Assembly (NCBI GenBank): GCA_001938485.1
Contig: MQRK01221906.1
Coordinates: forward strand, 1-60,267
DNA from: Girardia tigrina
Lineage: Eukaryota
Direction of reading: 5' to 3'
Length of the DNA: 60,267 nucleotides
Shown piece after piece: positions 14,601 to 27,610 of this stretch. Numbering within the stretch: position 1 is the stretch's first letter; each line of letters begins with the position of its first letter. The translations under genes and the position numbers were made by a program. The notes under the pieces are model-generated. The model had not been told where the DNA came from. It made no database searches and saw only the letters and a program-made list of their open reading frames with translations.

Positions 14601-15504
14601 AATCTTCGGATAGAAAGGACGCTTTCTGAAACCATTAGGGGCGTATTCTTGCGGTTCCTTTCATACCCTTTTGTCCATTCATTGCACATAGCAGCGTTAA
14701 AGTAATCATCTAAGGTTTGTATAAAGTATATACAAACTGGTTTTACGACAGCTTTTGAATTACATGATCCATTCAAAATCTAAACAGTATTGTATCCATT
14801 GAACCACTCTTGTTTACAGCAATGACATCCTTACTGCTAGGAACAGTGACTTTTTGAACCTTTACAATCTCCCGATTAGGATCATCTGCACAAAGATTCG
14901 ACTATCTTATGAAATAACAAAGCAAATAGAATAATTTTCATTTTCCTAATTTATTTGTTTTTAATATTGTACATAAATAAAATTTTGATTTTTTGTACTT
15001 TTCAAAGGACCCCTTTTCACTTATAATAAATTTAATTTTTATATGAGATTCCGAATAAATAAATATATAATTTATTGTATTATTGTAGATTGTTCAGTGG
15101 AAGACTTAAAAGCCGGTGATCCAAAGATAAATTTCGCATGGCCTTGCTTTCCTCAGACAACTTTGGGACATTTTTCAAATAACCAAAAATTCGACAGTTT
15201 TTCCTTACCTCATTTACCTTCTCATCATTATCATAGCCATAGAATCGATACTTTCAATAATCATTTTAACGAAATTGACTATTATAATACCTTTCCATAC
15301 ACTCAAAACCAGATTAATCAACGAGATTCTCCGACCTGCGAATGTCATATCTGTAAATTCTATAAATCGAGGTACGGACCCCTCAATTATTATCAATATT
15401 GTAACGAATACGAATTCCAAAATCCTTATGAAACCGAACCAGTATCCTGGAACTCTGGAAATAATTCCATCAATCATTCCTATATGTATTCTTTTAATAT
15501 ATAA
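8612..15504 (+). CDS. gli: GLI/Cubitus interruptus family C2H2 zinc-finger transcription factor (spliced, ~388 aa). Predicted exons 8612-8773, 8833-8985, 9039-9296, 9730-9840, 13301-13367, 15089-15504
   Basis: Five GLI fingers assemble across GT-AG introns of 59 and 53 bp: [13 protein letters not shown]|HIFTKHI; [35 protein letters not shown]|[27 protein letters not shown]; [15 protein letters not shown]; [16 protein letters not shown]. Downstream exons join in compatible phases (0,0,1) and AATAAA follows the stop. The start codon and the last three exons are less certain. Confidence 0.93.
10494..10988. mobile_element. Non-autonomous hAT element (MITE) in a GLI intron
   Basis: TIR cagggtcgccgcg / cgcggcggccctg; 8-bp TSD gctagtgt / gctagggt; internal GC palindrome at ~10537-10585. 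Confidence 0.85.
11857..12979 (-). mobile_element. Internally deleted hAT transposon in a GLI intron
   Basis: TIR cagtgtttct / agaaacacta; degenerate 8-bp TSD ttggcatc / cttgcatc; ORF 12049-12258 carries a hAT dimerisation motif ([19 protein letters not shown]). Confidence 0.8.
14560..14780 (-). mobile_element. Possible mariner HTH remnant
   Basis: [27 protein letters not shown] weakly resembles the mariner N-terminal HTH (W...F..GR). Confidence 0.3.
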
Positions 15505-15904
15505 TAAAAGATAATAATAAACGAAAGTGTTATTTATAAATAGTAAATATTATAAAATTATGATGATATTTAATAAATAAAATTAATTTATATTAATCGT
15601 TAAAGTTTTAACCCTTTCCTGGCTGAATTAAGAATATCAATTTAAACACACCAAAAGTATGTTTTTTGAGTACATATAGGGTACCAAAAAATAATTTTTA
15701 GTTTTTTTTTCTTATACATAAAAAAAATATGGTAATGATAAGATAAGTAAAAATGATTATAATTCCAATTTATGACAAAATTTAATTAAATTTTTCTGAT
15801 CAAAACTTCTTGTAGGACATTTTGACAAATCGATTCCTTAAGTCTTTTCCGAAAGTCCATTTATTCTTTGTTCAGATCGTAAATTGTAATAATGTAAATC
15901 TATA

Positions 15905-16082
15905 CAGTCGAGTACGAATACGTCGAAACTGTTGGGCAAGTTTAAAATGTTCGAGTTATCCGAATTCGAGTTAGGCGGGAAATTATATATTTCTTTTGAT
16001 GGTAATTATTTTAGGACTTTGAAAAACTTCGACCAAAGACGAAAATCGCGGTAACCGATTTCGAGTTATCCTTACTCGACTG
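15905..16082. mobile_element. Tc1/mariner (pogo/Tigger-type) MITE
   Basis: TIR cagtcgagta / tactcgactg, flanked by a TA TSD on both sides. Confidence 0.85.
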
Positions 16083-16239
16083 TATTACAAACTTTGAACT
16101 GTTCAGAAACGAATAAACCATCAAAATACTTAAATGGATTTTACGAATGATTTATAATTGTTTTAAACGTTAACATTCCAGCCTCATTAATTTCAATAAG
16201 AAATCGAAATTCGAAATATTTCATCTTTCAGTCTTGATA

Positions 16240-17830
16240 GCACCACTCTCCGCTCTAGCCTCTGACCAAAAGAAACAGCAGATCAAATGGAATATCGAGG
16301 CAGAACAAGTATTTGACACAGCGCGCAACAGACCATTAAACATAACATGTTTTCGCTTTCCAGACTAGACACTTCGAATCACACTCACAACCGACACATA
16401 AAATTAAGCTGTAGGCGCAGTACTCATACAGATTAGCGAAAACAAACCCGTACCTCTGGAATTCTTCTCCACCACAATCTCGATACTCAACCTTCGATCG
16501 CGAACTAATAGCGATCCACCTCGCCGTCAAACACTTTGAACACAATAAGGTGCCTATGAAAACATAGTCGCAGATTGCCTTTCTCGATTCTAAGCCTCGA
16601 CTTCGACTCATTTTTCAGTCACGAGACCCTGGCAAACAACCCCCCAAGCGACAAAGATAAAGAATATTTCTCCACCACCGTATTCAGACGATACAAAATA
16701 TTCTCCGGTCTTTCTTTACCCAGGCTGTCTACTACCAATCTTGGGACAAGAATTGCGCGCAGAAGTATTCAAAAATGTACACGAAACCCAGGTGAAACGA
16801 CAACGTAAAACCTGTTAAGAACAAAAGTTATATGGTCGTTCATGCGCCGAAACATCAGATTATGGTGCAAAACCTGCTTATCATGCCAATCCATCGAAAT
16901 CACCAGACACACCAGACTTCCTCCACTCAATTTCTCTACACCATTCACATTTATATAGTTTGACCCTGCCCCCATCTGAAGGGTACACTTACCTGCTGAC
17001 AATTGTCGATCAAAGCACTTGCTGGCCAAAAGCATTTCCTATCTGCAAAATCAATTTCGACACTATCGTCAAACTCTTAGTCAACAATTGGATTGCAAGA
17101 TTTGGCATTCAAAAGCGAATAATAACAGATCCAGGTCGCCAATTCGAATCAAGGCACTTTCAATACCTTCTCAAGATGCTTGGTATGCAACGGTTGCGAA
17201 CTACAGAGTTTCACCTTCAAACCAACGGGATAGTCGAGCGATTCCACAAAATGTTCAAAAATACACTCGGCATCACGATCTTAACGCGTGAATTGACCAA
17301 ACAACTGCCGTATATCCTGCATGGATGGAGTAACATTCCCTACAGTGACCATGGTTGTTCACCATCTCAGATGCTATTTGGTTCAAATACAACATTAGTA
17401 AATGATCTGGTTTTTCAAGAACTGCCCGATATCAGACACGCATCTTGAATTGACCAGGAAACATTTCACAAACATTGACACCACTCCGAAAACTGACAAG
17501 TCATGGAACTTTGTCGTATCCCAAACCTTCTTAAATCCAAATTCGTATTGGTAGAAATTACGACCCCACTTCAACCTCGTCGGATCCTCGTCGTGTCATA
17601 TTTATCAACCATCACAACAACACCACCATCATCGACTTCACAGGCAAAGAAATTGAAAAAAGTAAAACGCGCATTGCATGTACACGAAGATGACACATTA
17701 ATATCTCTACCCAGATTACAACGACCACATGTATCCTTCGCCCAGTGGATTACGCGATTAGACTCGAGAACCCTCACCGCCACCAAATCACAGCCATGTA
17801 AAATTCTGGCTCTCCACTTTATGGTAGGGT
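16240..17830 (+). mobile_element. Ty3/Gypsy pol remnant (RNase H - integrase)
   Basis: YSTFDRELIAIHLAVKHF-like RNase H; integrase core YLLTIVD..T.WP.A.P, WIARFG, ITDPGRQFES, FHLQTNGIVERFH; many frameshifts. Confidence 0.9.
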
Positions 17831-20061
17831 TGATGAAGTTATTCGTTTATTATCAAAAATAAAACAAAAATTGCCAGAAATTAAATATAAAATAAATTCA
17901 AAGCAAATGCCGTTTTCTGAAGATATAAATATCAAATTAAGAAAAAACCGCATAAAAAATTCAATTAAAAAAACTAATAATTAAAAAAAATGTTTTTTAA
18001 ATAATTAGAATTTATGAAAAGTGAGCAAGAAAAATAAACATGTAAACTCTGCGTTTTAAATTGTGAATGTGAATAAATCATTAATGTGAAGTATCTCAAT
18101 TTTTTCTATTACTATCGATATAAAAGATTCATTCTCTCGTTTTCACACGACGTTCGATCGGCTTTGCCCTAGTTTTCACTCAACCGCGTCGCAGGATCGG
18201 GGAAGATGGCTGCCTACAAACAATTCAGGCAATGCCATCCTCAAATGATAATTCCTTCGTAAATGATTCAATTCTTTCGCCATGCATCCGATAGCTAAGC
18301 CAACCGTCGATGGAATCTCTGCCAACGTGCCCGCGGATCGGAAGGATCCAGTACACCCTGCAACTCATGGCGGTCGAGTCATCCGCAACTCTCATCGCGC
18401 CTTCTACGGAGGAAAAAGCAATATTTCTTCCGTGGTCGTCAGATCAGATTCACAACGTCGTTCCACTCATGTCCTGGGTGCTTTCCAGGTGTGCAATGCT
18501 GGGATCAGAACAATTTCGTGATGTTACATTCCCGCCTCTAGAGGAGTACACTAGCATCACCACAATCTCCTATATAGTAACCATAGTGTGTGTATTCACC
18601 CATCAAATATGGTTACAAGAAAGATGAAAATATAGGGTTTTATGAATCTTCAAACACATTGATCAGTTAAACAGAAGCTGAGGTTAGAGGGTCAGGGTGT
18701 ATGATGATAGTGGGAGAATACTTCAACTGTCGCAAACACTTTGACTGAGAGAATTCGGTACCCAGATTTTGAAAGTATGCAAGTACGTTTGACGATGCGG
18801 ACAGATTAGTATCACTAGTCAAAGAAAAAGGTATGAAAATATTTAACTCATTCTTTATGTTTAATGTAAGTAAAAGAACCAGCTGGACTCACCCTGCAAC
18901 GAAGAACTGCTAGATTATTTCCTTGTGCATGCGAATAACATGAGGTGGATTAAATATGTTCAATGAACACATCTTTATAATTGTGGCTCTGATCATTATA
19001 GCATGGGTTCATATTTTAATAAATACAAAGCAGGTAGGCATTGGAAAAGGAAAACTGAATAACCGAAAATTATTCAAAAAGACATCGTTATCAAATATCA
19101 AGAAAATTTGACGGTCCTGCATCAGCAAAATATAAGCGAAGCAGGACCTGAGTGGAAGGGTACCGAAAACGTGCTTACCAAATTATTAGAATGGTAGAAG
19201 AAGGTGAAACGGCCACCACTCAAATAGAACTATCTGAATAATCATAAAACCGTATTCATTATTATTATGTCATCTCATAAACAAAAGCTTCGCGAAATTA
19301 AATTTCAAATAGTAGCTGTTGGGAACGTTCATAAAATATAAAATTTTTGAATCTTATGAAATTATTAAATAAACAATTACATTCCGTAAAATATTGTTAT
19401 AAATATGTTAAAATAGATTTTCAGAAATTTAATATAAAAAAATTAATTTAAGTAAGAAATAAAATAAATTTTACGGTAGGGTTATTAAAAGATTTATGTA
19501 AAGATTTATTATAAAGTAAAAAAAAAGTTAATTTCAAATTTGATGAAAATATTTATTTTAAATAAAATAAAAGTAATTTAAGTTTGATATTTTATTTGCG
19601 AAATAAAAGTAAACTAAACTATTTTTTTGTAACTTTTAAATCAAAATAAATTAAAAATGTGGTTATAATTTTTTTTGGAAAATGTAATTATAATTTTTAT
19701 TGGAAATTAAAATTGGAATTAAAAAATAATTGAAAACCATTAAATTTGACTTAAATAAAAAAATGCGATTTTAATTTTTATGGAAAATGTAATTGAGAAA
19801 CAGTTAAATTTAAATGTACCATAAAATTGAAAAATGAATAAGATGCAACAAAATTTTTGTGACAAAATTTTAATTCACTATAATTTTTATTAAAGAAAAT
19901 ATAAATTTTTAATTTGTAAAAAAATATTCAAACCATATTTTTATTTATATCTATTTTTATTTATATTGGTTGTGTAAAAAAGAAAGTACAAAAGTTCCTC
20001 AAAAAATATTTGTTTAAAAAATTCAAATTGTTATAGAAATAAATTTTTGTGTTCATTATAA

Positions 20062-20606
20062 TGTCTTTTGAGCAAGAACCCAATAGTAGCTATTAAGAAC
20101 ACCAACATGGGTTTTCAAACTTTTTTTTTCATTACAATCAGAATTGTCTTTTGGACAACTCTCAGCAAAACTCTCGTCATTCGACATCTTTCTAAATTGA
20201 TAATTTTTTTATTAATGTTTGTTAATAAACAATTATTCGAACAAATTTTTCATTATTTTCAGATTTTATTTTTAAAGTTCAAATTTTGTAGTTTTAGTAA
20301 TAATTTTATTTACATATTAATTTTATTTAAAAATGATTTTATATAAAGAAAGGACATTTAATTAATTCAAAACTTAGTTAAAACTATTTATTTTATTTAA
20401 ATTTTAATATGAAGATTTGAAAAGATTTAATATTTCTAATGTTTTTACATATCTTATGCTGTACTTTAAAATATAAATTATACTCGAATAATTATTTATC
20501 GTGAACATCTAAAATATCAATTTTCCATCTGGGTGGGAGAAATACATTTCCAAATACTAAACTCAAAATACAAATTCAACATACCAAATTTAAAATATTC
20601 CTCACA
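20062..20606 (-). repeat. Dispersed ~550-bp solo-LTR-like repeat, copy 1
   Basis: Begins TGTGAGGAAT on - and ends ...GACA; clearly homologous to 28479-28995 and 34772-35349. Confidence 0.65.
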
Positions 20607-20689
20607 GTAGCAATAGATGAAAACAGAAAAAAGTACTTAATTTCAGCAATGAGATTGAACATATTTTGATCACATGAGCTTTTAAAAAG

Positions 20690-22580
20690 AAAGAGACTGC
20701 TTATTGCGAACTCCACTTATCGGGAATCCCGAGACTTTGGCACACAAACTTTTTACTTCTGTGGCCTCGATCTCAAATGATCATCTGGCATGTCATTATC
20801 AAAAAGCTTTCAAAGCTTGCTGCTCACTGAGTGAATTAACATGACTAGATATCTCAGGGTAAGCTAAATCCACAAAGAGCATCCAAGCGAGAATGAGATA
20901 TGGCTCACCATATCTCAACTGTGCTATGGGAAGGCATCCGGATTGAATGGAGTGATTTCGGAGGTTTTAAAATGGAAAGGGCAACAACTTATTGAAAAAC
21001 TGAGGCATGGTTTTGCGGTGATATGGAACGGAGATCATAGCCAGTTCCCAGCCGAATGGTTAAGATAGTAATACTTTAAAACGAAAAATGTTCGAAATAT
21101 GAAGCTAATAAAAGTACTGGTATATTCTTTTCAGACGTAACTGACAAGGTTATTGGCAATCCGATGCTGTGAGGTTTTTTGTGATGTTTGGATAAAACTT
21201 GATTATCATGGATTTCACATCGTCAGGGAGCGAGATGATGGCTTATTGAATGGGTTGTGGTTGTCTATTCAGCTGTTGTGTTGAAACATAATTGTTTTTC
21301 GTCTGAAATCGATTAATAGGTCTTGTTCGTCCAGAAGATCAGCACCAAGGATGGGTTGGGCGACAGATGCCACTGTCAAGGCACATTCGAAAGATTTATT
21401 GAGGACTGGTGTGTGAAATGCTAGTTTCTGCTTTCGAAAATTGAGGCGGTTGAACCGTTAGTAGCGGTGAAATGCATAGTCATTTAAGTGGCGTGTGGAA
21501 AGAAAGTAACGAACCTGTGTCGATAAAAAAGGCTGTTTGATCAGATGTGATGTACGGAGTTGATGCGTTAACTGTGACAAGGCCACAGAAAGTATTTACT
21601 TTCTGTTCATCTGCTGCAAAGATGAATGGTGCCGTCAGTTTTCCGAATTTGTGTATTTGCAACCTGAAATACATCGACGGGCTCTGGTTTCCTGGTGGTG
21701 GTGGAACATACACATCTGATTTACATCCATCAACTAACGGCTTCCGGTCCACTCGCATCCCAGTTGAAATTTACGAGCGTTATCTCCGTATCTGTGGTGG
21801 AAGAAACAGAGTGGACAGCCTTGAATGTTAGAGCGTTCGCGTCTGGATGGTGATCTAGTTGGTGGTCGTTTGGAAATAAATGTTCTCAAGCTGTTCATTT
21901 CAGTTTGCAGATCGATATTTGTGCTGTTAGAGTTTCCATTATGTTGTCTCCTGGTGCTGTCACTGTAATCTGCTCCGATATCGCAAGTATTGGGTAAAAG
22001 AGGGTTCGCGAGATATGACACAAGGGGTTTGTGGACTGAGTCACCATTATATTGTCTGCAATCTTGGCCAGTTCTTTTCAATAGGAGATTGAGATGCCTG
22101 CCAGGTCTTGCTTGTACTAGAGCTGGCAGGGCTTCGATGAAGAATCTATTCATAAGTGTTTCTCCTTTTCCACCAGTTATGTCAGGGTTTAATGTTTCAA
22201 GAACCGAGGGCATCCTTTCTAGAAATATAGAAGGTTTACTGTTTCCCAGTGATTGTGATGTGATGTATTTTGTGAAAATTTCCTCTAAACTCGGAGTGAA
22301 GGAAGTGAGTAACTGAAGTTTCAGTTCGTTGTACGGATCTCTAGATTTGTCAGTATTAGATATATGCGGGTGGAAGAATTGCCAGTGTGTGGCGAAAGAA
22401 TGATTCTTGTGATGTGATTCTCTAGGCCTTGAAATATAATTTCAAAAGATCGAGTCAGCATTGAATACTGTCTCGTGCATCTAGAAAATATATCCGTGGG
22501 GTAGCTGGAAGAGAGATGAGGTGCGTCTTCTCATCATTCGCGAGAGGGGTGTTCATTCCTCTTAAGAGTTTGGGGTAGCC
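20690..22580 (-). mobile_element. Ty3/Gypsy gag-protease-RT remnant
   Basis: Gag with LCFFHHRYGDNARK motif (21734-22213); aspartic protease FFIDTGS (21480-21758); decayed RT start. Confidence 0.85.
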
Positions 22581-22930
22581 GTTTCATACATATTCCCAAA
22601 TTATTGAAACATTTTTAAAAATATTTTTATAGTTAATAATTTCAAATTGTTGATTTTACAGAGTCAAACACAAAATAAGAAATTTCAATTTAAATTTATA
22701 GATAGAATCTCAATTTAAAAAACTGTTATAACTAAACAAAGATTAACCAATTTGAATTTTCCTAATTTTCTTGTTAAAAATCTCTATTTGACATGATAAA
22801 ATCTCATATTAAAAATTAAAAAATCTCAATTTAGAATGAAATGTTAAAATGAAAAAAGATTAAAAATTTTTTATGATTATATATTGATTTGATTTAAACG
22901 GCGCTCATAAAAACATAACATTTTAATTAA

Positions 22931-23147
22931 CCCTTTCTCTCGCAGAGTTGTTTTACAACAACATTAAGTTTATTAGCTGAGAAATTTTAAGCAATAGAAA
23001 TTCCGCTATTTATTTTACTGTTGTGCGAATATTTTATTGATTTAGGGAAACTTGAATGAATTAATTTTATGTTTTCATGCTTGGAGTGTAATTAAAAATA
23101 ACGTGTAAACTTAATGTTGTTGTAAAACAGCGCTGCAAGAGAAAGGG
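22931..23147. mobile_element. piggyBac-type MITE
   Basis: TTAA TSD on both sides; CCC...GGG ends; ~40-bp TIR ccctttctctcgcagagttgttttacaacaacattaagttta and its reverse complement. Confidence 0.9.
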
Positions 23148-23190
23148 TTAACGGATTATCGTTTATTTGAGGAATTACTGTGATTCTATA

Positions 23191-24826
23191 GGTTCCACGA
23201 CAAAACGCCGCGAACAAAAACGTCGCGGACAAAAACGCCGCGAACAAAACAGCCGCGTGAAAAAACGCCGCAGACAAAAACGCCGCGGACAAAGACGCCG
23301 CCGTTTCGACGCTGGGACATTTCAACGCCATAAATTAGGAATTTTAGGAATAAATGAAATAATTTGTTATTAATTAGGAATTTTAGGAATAAAATGAAAT
23401 AATTTGTTATTAATTAGGAATTTTAGGAATAAAATGAAATAATTTGTTATTAATTAGGAATTTTAGNNNNNAAATGAAATAATTTGTTATTAATTAGGAA
23501 TTTTAGGAATAAAATGAAATAATTTGTTATTAATTAGGAATTTTAGGAATAAAATGAAATAATTTGTTATTAATTAGGAATTTTAGAAATAAAATGAAAT
23601 AATTTGAAATGAATTAGGAATTTTAGGAATAAATGAAATAATTTATTTTTAATTAGGAATTTTAGAAATAAAATGAAATAATTTGAAATGAATTAGAAAT
23701 TTTAGGAATAAAATGAAATAATTTGTTATTAATTAGGAATTACTATTTTTATGTGTTTTATATATGCTTTTTGTGTGAAATTTAATTTTAAAAATATGGG
23801 GTGTTTATACCCGAATTAATTATTATTATTAATATAAAAAAATAAAAATTTTTAATTAATAAACAAAATTTATTTATTAGCAATTGGGCTTAATTGCCCT
23901 CATTAATTTTATATTTGATTAATTAGGCTTTATTAGCCCATTGATTATTTTTGATTTGAGCTTAATTGCTCAAGATTAATAAAATGACTTGGCATAATTN
24001 NNNNNNNNNNNNNNNNNNNNNNNNNNNNNNNNNNNNNNNNNNNNNNNNNNNNNNNNNNNNNNNNNNNNNNNNNNNNNNNNNNNNNNNNNNNNNNNNNNNN
24101 NNNNNNNNNNNNNNNNNNNNNNNNNNNNNNNNNNNNNNNNNNNNNNNNNNNNNNNNNNNNNNNNNNNNNNNNNNNNNNNNNNNNNNNNNNNNNNNNNNNN
24201 NNNNNNNNNNNNNNNNNNNNNNNNNNNNNNNNNNNNNNNNNNNNNNNNNNNNNNNNNNNNNNNNNNNNNNNNNNNNNNNNNNNNNNNNNNNNNNNNNNNN
24301 NNNNNNNNNNTAAAAAATAAAAATATAATAATGATAGTAATAATTATAAAATACAACAAATTATTTCATTTATTCCTAAAATTCCTAATTAAAAATAAAT
24401 TATTTCATTTATTCCTAAAATTCCTAATTAATAACAAATTATTTCATTTATTCCTAAAATTCTTAATTAATAACAAATTATTTCATTTTATTCCTAAAAT
24501 TCCTAATTCATTTCAAATTATTTCATTTTATTCCTAAAATTCCTAATTTCTGGCGTTGAAATGTCCCAGCGTCGAAACGACGGCGCTTTTGTCACGCGCC
24601 ATTTTTGTCCGCGGCGTTTTACCCGCGGCGTTTTTGTTCGCGGCGTTTTTGTTCGCGGCGTTTTTTCAAGCGGCGTTTTTTCAAGCGGCGTTTTTTCAAG
24701 CGGCGTTTTTGTCCGCGGCGTTTTTGTTCGCGGCGTTTTTGTTTGCGGCGTTTTTGTCATGCGGCGTTTTTGTCACGCGGCGTTTTTGTTCGCGGCGTTT
24801 AGTCCGCGGCGTTTTGTCGTGATACC
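23191..24826. mobile_element. Foldback/MULE-type non-autonomous element with tandem-repeat TIRs
   Basis: Perfect 9-bp TSD gattctata (23182-23190 and 24827-24835). Each arm has a 15-bp GC-rich array (caaaaacgccgcgra) and a ~41-bp AT-rich array (taattaggaattttaggaataaaatgaaataatttgttat), mirrored; there is a gap in the centre. Confidence 0.9.
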
Positions 24827-25637
24827 GATTCTATATAATAATCGGATTATTAAAACTTGGTTGAGGGAAATTCTTGACAAACTACATTTGGATATGCTTC
24901 CATTTAGATCTATTTTAAAATTAATTTTAATCTCATCAAATTAGGGGGCCATAAATCTTAAAAAAATAATTATGTATATTATTGGAGTAAAAAACTTTTA
25001 AGTCTTCATTCTGAATTACAGTTTATAAAATATATTTTAATAAAATAAATTAATTACGAAAGGTAAAATATTTATCCGAGAAACTGATTAAACTGGTGAC
25101 CACCTGAAAACTTATTTATATATATATAACTGAATAATAATGTTTCTATTAATTGGACTTTGTACCAGGGTCCCTGATAAATGTATTGGCATATTATAAA
25201 AATATGACAATGAATAATATAATGACGATTGATTTTTAGCACAGGAATTTACCGAGAAAATAATTCAAAAATCATAATAAATGGTAATACATCATCTGTG
25301 GACATTGGTTGCGCAATTAAAATGAAGAATCATTAGCCATTGAATAGATAATTTAATGGATAGTTTGTTATTTAACCATAATTTACAATTATAAAATAAT
25401 AATGTCTCCTGTACTTATTATTATATAATTTAACGTATTTCGATAATGATTTAAAAACAGCATTTTTTTGATTAAAAAACTTCCATATTGATTTCTATAG
25501 AAAGCCACAAACCCTTCGTCTTCTTTCAACATACAATATACGATAAACATGAAAGGAAAAGTTTTATTTAACGTAATAATATTACTATTTATAATTGTTT
25601 TATTTTTTCAAACTGATAAAAATTGTAATGCCACATT

Positions 25638-26475
25638 TTGAATTTTGTCAGCGCGATGATTTTAGAAGTCGAATATCGCAGCGTTATTAAGTTCTTTGTG
25701 TTGCAGAAAAAGACATGTAGTGAAATCTACGATCTTTTGCATTCAACCTACCTTCATGACTCCCCTTTTCTGAATACTGTTAAATATTGGGCCAGAGAGT
25801 TTAAAGGTGGGCTCACTTCCATTATTAATCAAGAAAAATCAGGTGGGTCACAATAAATTTTTGAAATAGTTGATGAAAAATTAAAGATGGTCTAAGAAGA
25901 GCGTCGAATTACCATGAAAATGCTGTCGACATAGCTAATCATTAGAGTTGACACAGCCCACGCAAAATTGAAATCGATGGGTATCAAAGAAATAGGTTCC
26001 AGATTCTTACCTATCTTCTTGACTGGTGCGAAACTGCTTGGAGTGCAGTCAGAACAACTTGAACCTGCGGTACCAGTATGGTGATACCTTTCTGGCAAAT
26101 TTAGTTACGGAGGATGAAACTCCACGCAGTATTTATTTGGTGGAAAAAAGTGAATCACCAGAGTGGAAACTTCCTGAAGTGAAGTCATTTTTAAAGATGC
26201 AAACAGAGACAAGTCATGGATGAGCGAGGATGTTTTCCATTTTCTGGATCATAAAGCTTCTTATGGATTTTGCGGATAAAGACATTACCCTCAATGCTGT
26301 CTATTACAGCCAACTCGTGGAAACATCAAAAAGAATAGACGGAATCAGAAGAACACATCACTATGGTTTCTCCATGACAATGCAGCAGTTCACAGAGCAG
26401 ACATTTGATACGTTCGAGGGGGGCTTGATAATACTTTCAACCTCCGTAGAAATATATCAGAAAAGAAAGATATAA
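25638..26475 (+). mobile_element. Degenerate mariner transposase
   Basis: YRSVIKFFVL...TVKYWAREFKGG (HTH); FLANLVTEDET (TGDE motif); MFSIFW; multiple frameshifts. Confidence 0.85.
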
Positions 26476-26879
26476 TTTAGATAAATTAAACCTTCCACTT
26501 AAGTTTACAAAAATTAAATTAGATTATAGGATTTAATAACTGAATGACAACACAAGAAAATGTTTTCAAATAAATTTATTGAAATATACAATAATTACAA
26601 ATAAGATTTTACAAATATAATTCAATATCCTCAATGTGTGATGCGAGATTTTGGAGGTGGTCACAGTACATCGACTGCAGACCACGAATAAGAGATTTCA
26701 AATAATAAAAATTATTAATTTAAGAATAATAAAGATTATTGATTTTAAAATATAAAAATTTAATTAATAATAATAATAATTAAAATTTTTTTTATTATTC
26801 TCACCGAATGTGAAAAACGATCTCCTATCAAAACCAATTTACAGAGTTTCGATAAATCTTCTTCAATTCTTCTTGAATA

Positions 26880-27103
26880 AATCAGATAAAATCAAATTTT
26901 GATAAAATTCTTCTTGATAAATTCAAATTTCGACAAATAGCCTTCTTTAACAAAATTCTTCTTGGCAAAATCAAATTTCGACAAATAGTCTTCTTCAGCA
27001 AATTCTTCTTGACAAAATCAGTTTTAATAAATAGCCTTTAACAAAATTCTTCTTGACAAAATCGAATTTCGACAAATAGTCTTCTTCAGCAAAATTCTTC
27101 TTC
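26880..27103. repeat. Tandem ~48-bp minisatellite (about 4-5 degenerate copies)
   Basis: Unit aaaattcttcttgacaaaatcgaatttcgacaaatagtcttcttcagc. Confidence 0.8.
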
Positions 27104-27489
27104 CTGAAATTTATTTTAAAACTTTTTCGAATTTATGATTTTTTTATGTTTTTATTTATACTAATTTAAAACTATGTTGGTTGATGTAAGATGGCTTCAA
27201 TCTTTACGTTTGCTTATGTAGGTTGAAATTTAAACGCCACTTAACTTAAAAGTTTCTACTTTAATCTTATAATGCATCATATAATAAATATAATATTAAA
27301 ATTATTAACTTATTTATAATATTTTATTTTAAATTTTACATATAATATTTATTTGAATAAATAACAGCTTCGTATTATTTATTGTAAACAAATAAATAAA
27401 GACAATAATAAGCAATAAATAAATTAAAAACAATCAGCAATGAATAAAGTCAAAATAATTACAATTCCAAACACATTACTCGTCCAACA

Positions 27490-27610
27490 ATGGAAGGTGC
27501 TGGAATAGTACTTGCGTTTCATCCGCCGTACAGCCCAGATTTGTATGTTATTTTGTATCCAAAGACGATTTGAAGGTTGTCGTGGAGGATTTCTTCACCG
27601 CATGTCCCTC
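27490..27610 (+). mobile_element. Mariner C-terminal fragment
   Basis: cat ccg ccg tac agc cca gat ttg = HPPYSPDL. Confidence 0.6.

Noticed and set aside
18140-19220. GC-richer stretch with faint RNase H-like (PGH..ND) and Tc1-like (FDGP) motifs
   Set aside because: Too degenerate to assign without a search.
16240-22580. RH-IN and gag-PR-RT pieces as one intact Gypsy
   Set aside because: They lie on opposite strands, are heavily decayed and have no shared LTR pair.
23196-24820. Regular repeats resembling a CRISPR array, and repetitive ORFs (TKTPR, RGVFV)
   Set aside because: No unique spacers. The arrays are mirrored TIR arms with a 9-bp TSD, and the ORFs are by-products of 15-bp repeats.
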